A DNA stretch of 64,000 nucleotides from Octopus bimaculoides (Eukaryota). The notes beneath the pieces were generated by a model. It was given only the letters and a program-made list of their open reading frames with translations. It made no database searches and had not been told where the DNA came from. The stretch spans positions 87,438,640 through 87,502,639 of the forward strand of contig NC_068990.1 of the NCBI RefSeq assembly GCF_001194135.2, in the 5' to 3' direction. A program made the position numbers and the translations under genes. This document shows, piece after piece, positions 39,180-50,952 of the stretch (its first letter is position 1; each line of letters opens with the position of its first letter).

Positions 39180-40020
39180 GTGTTTTCATGCTACAGCAAT
39201 TTTGCATTGTTGTAGGAACTTTAAAGTTGTTTCTGATAATATTGTAACGTTTCATCCGTCGTGTAGAGAACTAGCATTGAGGTATGTTTTAATTTGTGAA
39301 TTGGTTTCTCTTATTTTGAAAGCAACGTATGACTTTTGTTATTTGATTTTGTGACGAGAAGTGATTGAATAAAATGTGTAGATTGGTAATATTAAAGAAT
39401 TGCAGCTGTGTATGATTTGAGGTGTGTGACTTTTCGGTGTTACAATGTCAGGTATGGCATATATAGGTGTATGTGTTGTATTGATTAATGGGTGCTGATT
39501 ATGTACTTTAGAGGCTGTGTGAATGGTTTAATTTTAATTGATGTTCACTGTATTGAGAAATGTTGTATATATAGAAGTTACACTTTGTACTGAGACATTG
39601 AAATGAAAGTACCTTACGTAGGATGTATGCTGTGACTTGTAGGCCTATATTATATACATGGCGTATAACTTATCGAGCCATAGTACGGTTTGTATGCTTT
39701 TGCCCATGGATATTTATCAAACATTGCACTTCAGTTATTATTGGTAATGTCTTCTTTCATGCCTACATGTTGCATATTTCAAATTTTTTTGTTTTGATAG
39801 TTTCTCAACCTCCTTTCGAGCAATGTTTTGGTAAAAGAAAACAAAAAAAGAATTACCGGGATGCCGGTCTATCAGTGTGTAGACATTTTCTTTGAAGTCT
39901 TTGATTATTATATCTGGTCGGTTTTCCTTGATCTCCTTGTCAGTGTAGACAAGCAAATCTCAGGTGATTGTCACCAAGCCATTGTCATGCACCATGTTTT
40001 GTACATGTTTAAACTATTTA
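39180..40020 (-). mobile_element. R4/Dong-like non-LTR relic (restriction-like endonuclease)
   Basis: IT*DLLVYTDKEIKENRPDIIIKDFKENVYTLID, matching the RLE RPD...D motif. Confidence 0.7.
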
Positions 40021-40188
40021 TATTTTGTCACGTTGAAATGTCACTATATTCTCAGTGGACATAGCTACCGGCTTCGATCGTGATTCTGAATAAATCTGGA
40101 CTGGTCAAACGGAGAGGACATGGCCAACCGTCTCAATACGCAATTTTCAGAGTCTGCACTCACTCTGTATCTTTTTAGTTCTAGTCGA

Positions 40189-40194
40189 TTTATT
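40189..40194 (-). promoter_or_regulatory. Possible polyadenylation signal of the GPCR
   Basis: AATAAA on the minus strand about 145 nt after the stop. The motif is frequent by chance in AT-rich DNA. Confidence 0.2.
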
Positions 40195-40336
40195 TTTGTT
40201 CGTTTCGTTTGTCATTGGTCTTGTGCAGTTAAAATCAGACTTTCTGTGTCGGATTCCTGTTTATCGTTATTTTCCCTTATTTTTTTTTGTCGCTCCATAA
40301 TTGAGCCCCCTATCGGTGAGTCTATCGAACAACCAT

Positions 40337-40783
40337 TCAATTCTCGCTACTGGCATTATTTGAAGCAGCGTTCATTGTAGGAGAGCACGAACAGCTCCTG
40401 ATGCTTTCTTCGTTGATGGTTGTCGGGATGCTTAAAGAATGTTGAAGAATCTCCCGTCGATGTTTCGCAATAACACGCTGGCACATCGCTGTCGATCTGT
40501 GTGTATAGTCAGCACATGCGTATTTTGTGTCGATAATTGGATCATCATTTGACCAAATCGGACGTTTTGACCAACTTACTGAATCGTATCGCTTCTGAAT
40601 GCTGTTTAACTCCTTCATATTTTCTCTATGGGTTGGTGATTTTATACTGCTCGAACGCGAATAAAGAAAACTGCTGCTAGATCGACTTGAAGAGTATGAT
40701 CTAGATAGAACCTTCACCACTGGGTTTTGTTGTATGCCAATGTTACCCTCGTTTTTCTTCGTGTAGCGAACAACGACATGGAC
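40337..40783 (-). CDS. Class A peptide GPCR, terminal exon (148-aa cytoplasmic tail plus stop)
   Basis: Acceptor ctctcttttttt ctcttag|GTC at 40784/40783. Phase 0 joins ...LRGP to VHVVVRYTKKNEGNIGIQQNPVVKVLSRSYSSSRSSSSFLYSRSSS..., in frame with track ORF 40337..40720. TGA at 40339-40337. Confidence 0.82.
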   Translation of the reverse strand, partial: VHVVVRYTKKNEGNIGIQQNPVVKVLSRSYSSSRSSSSFLYSRSSSIKSPTHRENMKELNSIQKRYDSVSWSKRPIWSNDDPIIDTKYACADYTHRSTAMCQRVIAKHRREILQHSLSIPTTINEESIRSCSCSPTMNAASNNASSEN

Positions 40784-41059
40784 CTAAGAGAAAAAAAGAG
40801 AGAAGGTATTATAAAGATGAAAACATGACTGATAATGATGAATTTTCATTTTCTTTTTAAATTTTAAGCTTGTTTTAAGAAAAACATTCTTAGATCCAAT
40901 ACTAACAAAATATATGAATCCTGTCAAGTCGAAATGGAAAAAAAGAACAAGCCCCAAGAAAGGCAAGAGAAGGCGATTAAACTAGCACTGTATTCGTAAG
41001 AGAAATCCTTTATTATTTCTACTCTTTTGTGTATCCCCGGTCGGGCCTATTAACAAATG

Positions 41060-41700
41060 TTTTGAAAGTTCCCGTTAATGGCTATAAATTATACTGACAA
41101 ACTCTACACACTTTACGAGTAAACAATAATGTATTTCCACTTTGTGAATAGCTGAACAAACATTTACAAGTAGAGATATCCATTCAGAAAACCTACTGAA
41201 ATTGTTCATAAATTAAGATATAAAAATGAGTATGATGTTAAATAAATGTACCAATGCAGCTACAAGAACAGGTGAATTATCTAAAACTGAGAACATTAAA
41301 TTAGATACTACACCAACATTATAGGATTAGACCAGTATCACAGATAAAAATTCTTTCTTCGGAATAAATGAAACTTATAAAAAAAATAACACAAATGATG
41401 GAGAGAATTAAAAAAGAAATTCTACACAAAAGTCAAACCAAAATTAAAAACTGAATTTTATGCTAGAAATTAGATTATAGCTAAAAGTAGTATAGCCATC
41501 CCAATCATAAACTCCTACTTAAATATTTTAAAACTGAGAGTTAAGTGAATTAGACAGAAAAAAGATAGCAAGTTACTAACAACATTTCGAAGCCATCATA
41601 CCTACGTAACGCTGAAATACCCCAACAGAATTAAAACGGGAGTCAATAAAAATAAAAACTACTACAAGATATCAATAGTATGACGAAAATTACTTAGAAG
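41060..41700 (+). mobile_element. R4/Dong-like RT relic inside the last GPCR intron
   Basis: KLKTEFYARN*IIAKSSIAIPII, similar to LKTELNARNKIxAINxxAIPV. Heavily decayed. Confidence 0.5.
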
Positions 41701-41710
41701 CAAATAAGAG

Positions 41711-41802
41711 GAAATTGATTAGCATAAAATAAAAGGAAATTGATTAGCATAAAATAAAAGGAAATTGATTAGCATAAAATAAAAGGAAATTGATTAGCAT
41801 AA
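41711..41802. repeat. 25-bp minisatellite, about 3.7 units
   Basis: gaaattgattagcataaaataaaag in perfect tandem. Confidence 0.95.
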
Positions 41803-43197
41803 TAAGAAGATATGAAGAATGCAAGATGAAAACATAATTTCTCTCTTTATAAAGAAACAAAAACGTGCAAAGTTAAGTAAACAGAAACAAAAGTTTTACA
41901 TAATGTCAACACGACTGAAAAGTTAAGAAAGCACGAAAGGGAAGATCTGAACGGAATTAAAATATATGAATAAAATAGAGAGAAAGGAAAACATTCCAAG
42001 GAAAATAGACTGCAAAACTTCACTACCAAAAAAAGAAAGAAAGAAAGAAAAAAGAAAAACCTAGAGTGCAGGCGAACTGTGATCCAGAAGATTTTGACTA
42101 AAAGTAGGAACAAAAGGATTGATTTTAAATGCAAAGAACCAAAATAAAATAATGAAAGAAGCAAAGAACAGATAATGCAACCGATACAAAGAGATAATCG
42201 TCCGCATCCTTTTCAGCTGATAGCACAGCTTAATCCGTTAAACATTACACGTGCTTCACAGAACGCTATTCGATATAACAGCCATGTAACAAAATAACGC
42301 AGCTTACATAAACACATACTCCATAAGAACGACAAAATGAAATAGCATAGCGCAGACAATGCACATTCTGCGAAATCACAAGCGGTCATTATAAAACAAC
42401 CAAGTCATCAATATTCAATACTTAAACATTAATAACTTATTTTCTACACGTTTGCCAGCGCTCACAACAGCATTGTTGATTGTATTTCTGTTTATGTCAC
42501 GCACAATTATTTGCTCGAAGATTTTCTTGAAGAGTATACAAATCAAAACAGGATGTGGTGACTTCCGTGTGTCTTCGAACACGAATAAAAGCAAACACAT
42601 GATGATGTGTGTGGCAGTGTCTTGCCTACTGAGTGAGGCTTGACTGCATTTTGGGACTAAGGGCGAGGCCAAGCGATAAGCTAAAGTCTCAAGATCCACA
42701 TCTACCTATGGACTTGTATCATAGCGCATTGTATAACATAATATGAGGTTAATATTTAGAGTTATTGTCAGTGACTCTAACCTCCGGTTCGTTGTCGCCT
42801 TTGTTGTACATAAGCAGGATGTAAGTACTGAAATGAGGAGGAATGATATATAGTTAAGGTTCGGTATGAATTTACAAAGACCCATCAATACTACAAAGCC
42901 ATTCCTGAACAATGTCCAGAGAGGGATGCGGAAATACGATTTGTGAGACCGCGGTACTAGAAGTCGAGCTGGTAGATGGCTTGTTGGTTTCTTGTGAAAA
43001 CCACTCGGGGGCTTTCTATCTCAAAGAACTTCAAAAACCGTAAGAAAGAGAGCAGCAATAAAAATAAGAAAAAGTTTTAGAAGGTGCCGTTATCTTCATA
43101 GCACTTCCGCATGAAGAAAATCCCCTATTTTTTGGACGCCTTATGTTCAATTGCAAAATTTTTATGTGATATTTGTGTAATAAAGAAATCAAACCTG

Positions 43198-43291
<94 letters not shown>

Positions 43292-43392
43292 GAGAGAGGG
43301 AGAGAACATTGTAAGCAATGAAAGAGATAAACATGGAATGAATAAATCTTATAAATATCTATCTTTCTGTCTGTCTGTCTATCTGTCTATTT

Positions 43393-43710
43393 AAGGGTGG
43401 GAGATTGGCAAAATCGTCAAAATGTTGGGCAAAATACTTCCAACACAAGGATTACTTCCAGCTCTTTACATTCTCAGGTCAAGATCAGTCAAGGTCGACT
43501 CTGCCTTTCATCCCCTTTTGCGGTCGAATCGATAACGCGTTGCACAATATGTTTAGCGGCATTTCTTCCGGTACTTTACGTTCTGAGTTCAAGTTTCGCC
43601 GAAGCCGACTTTACCAGTCATCTTTTTTGGGGTCGATGAAATAAGTAGCAGTTAATCTTGATTACACTCTCCCACAAAAGTTCAGGCCTTGTGCCTATAG
43701 TAGAAATAAT
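43393..43710 (+). mobile_element. Two tandem or nested degenerate SINE copies
   Basis: Two central domains (gtcgactctgcctttcatccc and gccgactttaccagtcatc...ggggtcgat) and one ggccttgtgcctatagtagaa tail. Confidence 0.75.
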
Positions 43711-43711
43711 G

Positions 43712-43754
<43 letters not shown>

Positions 43755-43795
43755 GTAGTAGTAGTAGTAGTAGTAGTAAAGGTGTATATACTCAC

Positions 43796-44475
43796 AGGCC
43801 CACGGAGTGTCGATCGTACCTTCTGACATCTGATTATGCGCAGTGCCGCTCGTCTGAAAGTTTTACTCCCGTAGAAGTACAAGATGGGGTTTAAAGCACT
43901 GTTAAAGTGTCCCAGTAAAATAGTATAGGAGAGTATATGAGTAAAGTTTTTGCTTTGGGTCAATTCGAAGTCTAAGTACACATTGATTATGTGGTAAGGT
44001 GACCAACAAAAGAGAAACAAAGCTGCCAAAACGATCAGCATTTTCGCCACACGTCTTCGGCCACTCATTACGTTATTTGAAATACCTTTACTGACCGATG
44101 AATCTTTTCTCTTCAAATGAGAATCTTCGGTGAGTAATCTCCATCCTATCAACGAATAGGATGTTGTCGTTATGATACCTGGGAATATATATATTATGAG
44201 AAACAGGCATAAGTCATATAGTATCCGCTGTTTTAAACTGGCCCAAATTTCGTGACAAAAGTACAGCGTCTTGTTTGGTATTGGAAATGATGTGAGTTTT
44301 TTAACGTGTAGCATCGGTGACATGATACAAACAGACGACAACCAAATGAAGATCGTCAGGCGTACAGCTATCCGGGTAGTACACAATCGTCTGAATATCA
44401 TCGGGTATTTGATGGCGAGCAGGCGATCCAGACTCAAGATAGAGATGGTGAATATACTGGCTACTACAGCCAAGC
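43796..44475 (-). CDS. Class A peptide GPCR, large exon (TM3 to TM7 and helix 8)
   Basis: 680-nt exon with acceptor tttttcatttcag|GC (phase 1, matching the upstream exon) and donor GGGCCT|gtgagt (phase 0). Motifs: SLDRLLAI (DRY-like), TM4 W, ECL2 FCHEIW, TM5 YIFPG, ICL3 GRRRVAKML, TM6 FCWSPY, TM7 GHFNSALNPILY. It resembles the orexin/allatotropin, NPFF/SIFamide, QRFP and CCK receptor group, but the exact orthologue is not determined. Confidence 0.95.
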
Positions 44476-44699
44476 CTGAAATGAAAAAGAAACATTCGTT
44501 ATTTAAGAAAAAAATACAACAACCTTTCAAAAATAAGGATAGACATTTTGCATCCTCCCCCATCACATCCACCATTATTATCACCACCGCCATCATCATT
44601 ATCTTGATCGTCATCAATGGCTTCATATCGATTATTACCAACCACATGAACTCTTATCACACTCGTTATTGTTATTAAAAGATCTATTGTTAGTATTTT

Positions 44700-44885
44700 G
44701 GACAAAATGCTTACCGGCATTTCACCCGACTCTTTACATGCAGTGTTCGAATTCCGCCGAAGTCGACTTTACCTTTCTTCATTTCAGTGTCGATAAAATG
44801 AATACAAGTTGAGCTCTTGGGTCCATGTAATCAGCTGGGGCCCCTCTCATAAAATAACTGGCCTTGTGCCAAAATGTGGAACCAT
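44700..44885 (+). mobile_element. Degenerate main-family SINE
   Basis: aaatgcttaccggcatttc...gttcgaattccgccgaagtcgacttt...ggccttgtgccaaaatgtggaacc. Confidence 0.75.
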
Positions 44886-45044
44886 TTTTATAAACTTTGT
44901 CGCACAATCATCATCAGTATCAACCTCATCAAAGTTATAATCGTCAAATCTATGGTTATTTTGTGGCTATATTCCTATTTTCCAAATAACATCATCATCA
45001 TCATCATCCTCATCATCATCATCATCATCATCAGTAGTAGTAGT

Positions 45045-45079
<35 letters not shown>

Positions 45080-45080
45080 T

Positions 45081-45127
<47 letters not shown>

Positions 45128-45239
45128 TAGTAGTTTTCAGGATGGCAGAATCGGTAGAAAGCATGATAACATTGCCTTGTTCTTTTTGTACACGCCGTCA
45201 AAGTAACGCAGGGCTAAGAATATACGAAGCTCAATATGC

Positions 45240-45590
45240 ATATCATGACAACCCGTCTGCATGACAATCATATGTGCGTGATATGGCGACCTGATATTAA
45301 GATAAACAACGCATGACTTTGCAGGTGGAGGCCCAATTAGAATTTTCTTCAGGTCGTGCAGCCCGTCCCGCTCAAAAGGTCCCTCAATAAGGGTTGCTTT
45401 CGGATAATGAACGAAACACCCATATTTTCAGGGATGAATTATTCAAACCCCAATACATGACTATGTTGCTCCACCACTACACCTGTTCGTGATCAGAGAT
45501 GCACATATCGTCAGTTGGTTAGAGTCAAGCATCTGACAGGCAAATCTGTGTATTCAGCAGAATATTTGCTGTAGCCCATCTTTTATACCA
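45240..45590. repeat. Dispersed repeat of unassigned class, copy A
   Basis: Shares ttattcaaacccc...gatcagagatgca...gcagaatatttgctgt.gcccatcttttatac with 46975-47283. Confidence 0.75.
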
Positions 45591-45708
45591 AGATTATTAT
45601 TATAATTATGAAAAATGGCTATACGGCTACACACGTAGACACGATACTGATTTTATGTTGGTAAGTTTTTACGTTGTCTTCATCTATTTTTCCGAGTGAA
45701 TCTTTTAA

Positions 45709-45795
<87 letters not shown>

Positions 45796-45804
45796 GATCA
45801 GATT

Positions 45805-45987
45805 AAATCGTTTGCACGCCGGACCAAATACATAGCGACATTTCGATAATCTTCACATTCTGAATTAAATTTTCACCGAGGTAGACTTTTTTATCCTTTC
45901 GAAGACAATAAATAAGTGGAATACATAGGTTGATGTAATGAACAAGCCTTCCACCAAATTGCGCGTTTTGTGCCTATAGTAGAAAGG

Positions 45988-45990
<3 letters not shown>
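45805..45990 (+). mobile_element. Degenerate main-family SINE
   Basis: Recognisable head remnant and a tgtgcctatagtagaaaggattatt tail running into (ATT)n. Confidence 0.65.
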
Positions 45991-46058
<68 letters not shown>

Positions 46059-46974
46059 TATTATCATTATCATTATCATCATCATTATATAAAAAACGAT
46101 TTAGAGCTATTGCTTGACTATTCATCATTTGATGAAAGTCATTTAAACTACTTTCTCTTTTCCGTTTGATGTCATTGTCAAGATGGATATGATACATCGA
46201 TTAATGTTCATACATCATAATGTTCGTCATCCTAATGACAATATCCATTATGTTCGCTTTTACTTTTGTTTATTCATACTTTAAGTTATATTCTATAAAA
46301 GCGTAGCAGATTCAAGATCTTGGATACTGGAATGATATACAATTAAGCTTGTTTGCCCATATTAGTTATATGAAGAGCAGTGTATATATATATATATATA
46401 TATATATCACTCTTGACATACTTGTACTCAAGATGGCGGCAGGCATTGGTATTGTTATCGTTTTTGTTGTTGATGATGTTGGCTATTATTTTTTCAATAG
46501 ATTTATTTTTAATTGCTGCTTTCATTGATCAAGCAAACTTTTTTTTTGTACTAAGATTTCTGATATATGTACAACGCATTGTGCTGCTATTTTCTTTATG
46601 TATTTTATACGAGTAACCTCCGAGTATTGGATAATGTATTCCACTGAATTATTCCCTATCATTTTCAAAGCTTTTATTATTCTAGCTATTATTCTATTAT
46701 TCTATTATTCTAGCTATAATGTCTGTTTAGTATCCATATTCTGGTTGTCTTCATTTCCAGATTTGAGAACAGCAGTTCGACGAGAGCTTGTGCTCTTGAT
46801 CATTAGGACGATTCTGGATCTGGGGGATTCTTTGATTGGACCTCGGTTAGAGGTTTTCCTGTATTAAGAGAACAGCATCACACATGTGTTTACATATTTT
46901 GCATACTATGTATACTTATTAGCACATTTCCAACTTCTCTTTTCTTCATGTCAAGAATGATGAATGAATTCTTT

Positions 46975-47283
46975 AAGGATGACGAACGAGACACTCGTGT
47001 TTCCAAGGATGACTTATTCAAACCCCAAAGAATCCTTCTCACCACATAACTATGAATCTCCCCAACTACTCCTGCTTATGATCAGAGATGCATATATTGT
47101 CAGACAGCAAAGGACATGCTCTCCTGGTTAAGATCAAGCAACTAACAAACGATTCTGTAGTATTGAGCAGAATATTTGCTGTTGCCCATCTTTTATACAA
47201 AAACAAAACATGTATATGTTAACACTTCCAATCAGTTAAGACAAGAAGCCATGAAAGCCACTGCTTGATACGGCGTCAGGGCA
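46975..47283. repeat. Dispersed repeat of unassigned class, copy B
   Basis: Direct-orientation homologue of 45240-45590. Confidence 0.75.
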
Positions 47284-47285
47284 TT

Positions 47286-47317
<32 letters not shown>

Positions 47318-47415
47318 TATCATCATCATCATCATCATCGTTATTATCATTATTATTATTATTATTATGTTGTTTTTTTTCTTCTTTCTTCAAATTTTCT
47401 TCCATTTCTCGCCGA

Positions 47416-47468
<53 letters not shown>

Positions 47469-48962
47469 TCTTATTATCATTATTTTATTTATGGTTTGAC
47501 AAATGCATCAATAGTTTGCGCTTCTGTTCTTAAAATAAGAATTGAATATATCTTAACAAATGTATCCGATGTTCAAGTTTAAAAAAAGAAGTTAAAGCTC
47601 AATAAATGCTGCGTAAAAATGCCTTAACGTGCCCTATCTTAATAGGTAATCTGCCAATATGTTTAAACAAGTTATTGGTAATCATTCTAGTTTTCTAATT
47701 ACATTCCGTTAGTGCGAAAATGTTTTTAGTTCAACAACTTGATCAATAAGTCCCTAAAATTCTCAATTGTTTTCTGTACAATATTATGCATTGCTATGTC
47801 GATAATTAGTTTATGATTGTCATTTTAATCATGGAAAATTAAATGGAAGTCTATTACGAACTAAATGGTGCCTTGTCGGTATGCTGATGTTCCAAAGCGT
47901 TTTCAGACTTACTTTCTAAGACCTACACATACTAACAGCTTGTGGGGTCAGATGTTTGATGAAAATGCTCTAAGAACCTTATCATGGAAAAAAAGTCAGA
48001 AAATATTGAAACTTTTATCCAAATAAGCTGCCGATTTCAATCACTTTAAGAGAGCGATGTAGCAATGCTGACAATGTATTGACATAAATTAAATGAAATT
48101 AATCTTTCATAATATAAGTTTTGGAAGTTCACATGTTTTTTTCATTCAGGAAATCAAACAGAACTGGTTTTTCGTTCCCTTCTGACTGTTGCTGAGTAAC
48201 CTCGTGGCTGCTAATGAGAATTACACAGATACAGCTGTCTGAAGCAGGAGCGGGAGTGGGATTATCAGTGGCTGTAGATGTCGGTCTAACTAGTAAGAAT
48301 TGTAGTAATATTTAGCAAACGTTGCAGTAGTGTTGGTGGGGGGGGGGAGGCTGCCCCCCTTTTCTCTGCTACAAGTATTCAAAGGTGTTTGGATATTGGT
48401 TATGAAAGTCATCTCATTGTTGCTGCCTTGTTGCCTAAGTATGTAATCTCTCAGATGGTATAAAAGAAAAATCGCAATCTTTGTTCTTTTTCTTACCGGC
48501 ACGCGCATCTATATGTTTATTGATGCTTGTTTATCTGTATTCTCGTATTTTAAGTTGCATTGTTGTAAGGAACCTTTCTGTCTGTCAAATGTTACGTTCT
48601 TCACACCTCGAGCATATGCTTGCATCGATTAAGTCTTCAGATACACAGGTGAAGTTATGCATTATTATCAAGAGATGCTTTTGTGTGAAGTTTTGAAACG
48701 ATTCTCTGATCCTATGAAGATTAAAATAGATGTCACAGCAGGCATATATATATATATATATATANNNNNNNNNNNNNNNNNNNNNNNNNNNNNNNNNNNN
48801 NNNNNNNNNNNNNNTAAGTGCATATATATATGTAAGTGCATATAATATACACACACATATATATATATATACATGCATGTATACATTCATACATGCATTA
48901 ACTTCCGGTCAGCCATTGTTATGATCGGCCATTATTATGATTGACCGTTGACTGAACACTAT

Positions 48963-49090
48963 TCTTTCTGTTGAAGAGCGTAGCTCGAAACGTCAAAGAC
49001 TTTCCGTATTCCCGAGCGTCATACTAATATATACTTTTGTTATTTACACCACCTGTCCTCGTCTGTTGTTATTATTTGTATATTCTCCCA
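48963..49090 (+). repeat. (TA)n-anchored dispersed repeat, copy 3, with hammerhead-like motif
   Basis: 48963-48999 reads UCUUUCUGUUGAAGAGCGUAGCUCGAAACGUCAAAGA. The downstream part is homologous to copies 1 and 2. Confidence 0.75.
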
Positions 49091-49109
49091 TATATATATA
49101 TATATGTTA

Positions 49110-49450
49110 CATTAAAAACACGACTATGTTTTAGTTTTGTAATTTTTATTATAAAATTTTTCATATTACCTGACAAGATTTCGCAGTTTGGAACAATAAT
49201 GTTCTTAAATCCATAATGAAGATTTATAGACTCTGTCAGTTTTATCACCAGGATATAAATTACATTCAGCTTCTGTACTACCTCTTTTATAGTGGTCAAG
49301 TATATGTAACATTTACCTCCAAAATCTTGAACGTTGGGCTTCTACATCAGAATTCATGTATTAATTTCGTGTTACAGAAGTAGGCCACTGTACATATTTG
49401 CCGTTCAATCAATTTGCTTCTGGCTTCTGACGTACATTTTTCGTCTTTTA
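49110..49450 (-). mobile_element. Possible Penelope GIY-YIG endonuclease relic
   Basis: LNVIYIL...KLTE...IVPNCEILSGNMKN. Weak resemblance only. Confidence 0.3.
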
Positions 49451-49699
49451 CTATTGTATTGTGCCATTTTATATTTGTATCTATGGCAACGACATTTTTT
49501 AAATTCATATTTTATCAAATATATCTTTCATCTTTGAAGTCGATAAAATAAATTGTCAATCAGTTACTGTTGTCGATATAATCAACTATTCCTTCTCCTA
49601 TATCTCAGGTCTTGTATCCCTGTTACAAGTCATCATCATCTTCATTATCTTCATCCTTATCATCAACCTCATTATCCTTTTTTTAATAATAATAATAAC

Positions 49700-49734
<35 letters not shown>

Positions 49735-49739
<5 letters not shown>

Positions 49740-50092
49740 GTAATAAAGGTCTCAAATTTTGCCACAAATTGACAGCAATTTTGGGGGAGGGGATGAGTTG
49801 ATTAAATTCAACTGGTACTTATTTTATCGACCCCGAATGGATGAAAAGTCGACCTCAGCTGAATTTGAACTCAGAACGTAGCCGCAGACGAAATATCGCT
49901 AGACGAAATACCTAGCCGTATTTCGTCGGCCGCTACGTTCTGAGTTCAAATTCTGCTGAGGTCAACTCTGTCTTTCATCCTTTCGGGGTCGATAAATTAA
50001 GCACCAGTGAAAAAGTGGGGTCGATATAATCGACTTAATCCCCTCCCACAAGCTGCCCTTGTGACAAAAATTTGAAATCATTATTATTATTA
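49735..50092. mobile_element. Head-to-head pair of 5'-truncated SINEs
   Basis: A minus copy (49735-49900) and a plus copy (49913-50092). The inner 43 bp differ at 3 positions. Confidence 0.88.
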
Positions 50093-50312
50093 TAAATTTT
50101 ATCGTTGTTGTTGCAATTGTTGACAGAATCGTTAGAGTATCGGAAAAATTCCTCCTTACGCTATAAGTTAAAATCCCGCTGCTGGGGTTAATTAGCAGTG
50201 AAATCGGGGATCAATTTAATCGATTAACCATTCCCTCAAGTTTCAAACTTTGTATCTCTATTAGAAACAATAAATACTATTTGTGTTACACTTGTAATTA
50301 TTTAGATTTTCT

Positions 50313-50952
50313 AAGGCTGTGAGCTGGCTGAACCGTTAGCACGTCGGGTGAAATGCTTACAGGTATATCACCCGTCGCTGCGTTCTGAGTTCAAATTCCG
50401 CCGAGGTCAACTTTGCTTTTCATCCTTTTGGAGTCGATTAAATAAGTACTAGTTACGCACTAGGGTCGATGTAATCGACTTAGCTCCTCCCCGCAAATTT
50501 CAGGCCTTGTGCCTATAATAGAAAGGATTATTTCGGTTTTCTAAGGCGGCGGGCTGGTATTTCCTCTGTCGTTAGATTCTCTGTTCAAATTCGGGCGAAG
50601 CCGTCTTAGCCTTTTATCCTTTCGGGGTCGATGAAATAAGTACCAGTCGAACACTGGGGTCGGTGATATCAACATACCACTTCCCCTAGAATTCTTCACT
50701 TTGTGCCAAAACTTGAAACCATTATTTAGGTTTTCCAAGGCAGCGAGCCGGTAGAACCGTTAACACCCCGGATAAAATGCTTCGTGACATTACGTCTGTC
50801 TTAACTCTCTGAGTTCAAATTCCATCGAGGTCGACCTTGTCTTTCTTTCTTTCGGGGTCGACAAAATAAGTACCAAGCATGTAGTGGGGTTGATATAATT
50901 GAGCATCCCCCATCCCAAGATTTCAGGACTTGTGCCTATAGTAGAAAGGATC
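50313..50952 (+). mobile_element. Tandem array of three SINEs (50313-50530, 50543-50724, 50737-50952)
   Basis: Each starts aaggc and carries a B-box and central domain. They are separated by related spacers of about 10 nt. Confidence 0.9.

Noticed and set aside
44476-44647. 57-codon hydrophobic N-terminal extension of track ORF 43682..44647 (a single-exon receptor)
   Set aside because: It derives from a degenerate (ATC)n-like tract and a polypyrimidine tract. A strong acceptor at 44476 joins in phase to the real TM2-TM3 exon at 53592.
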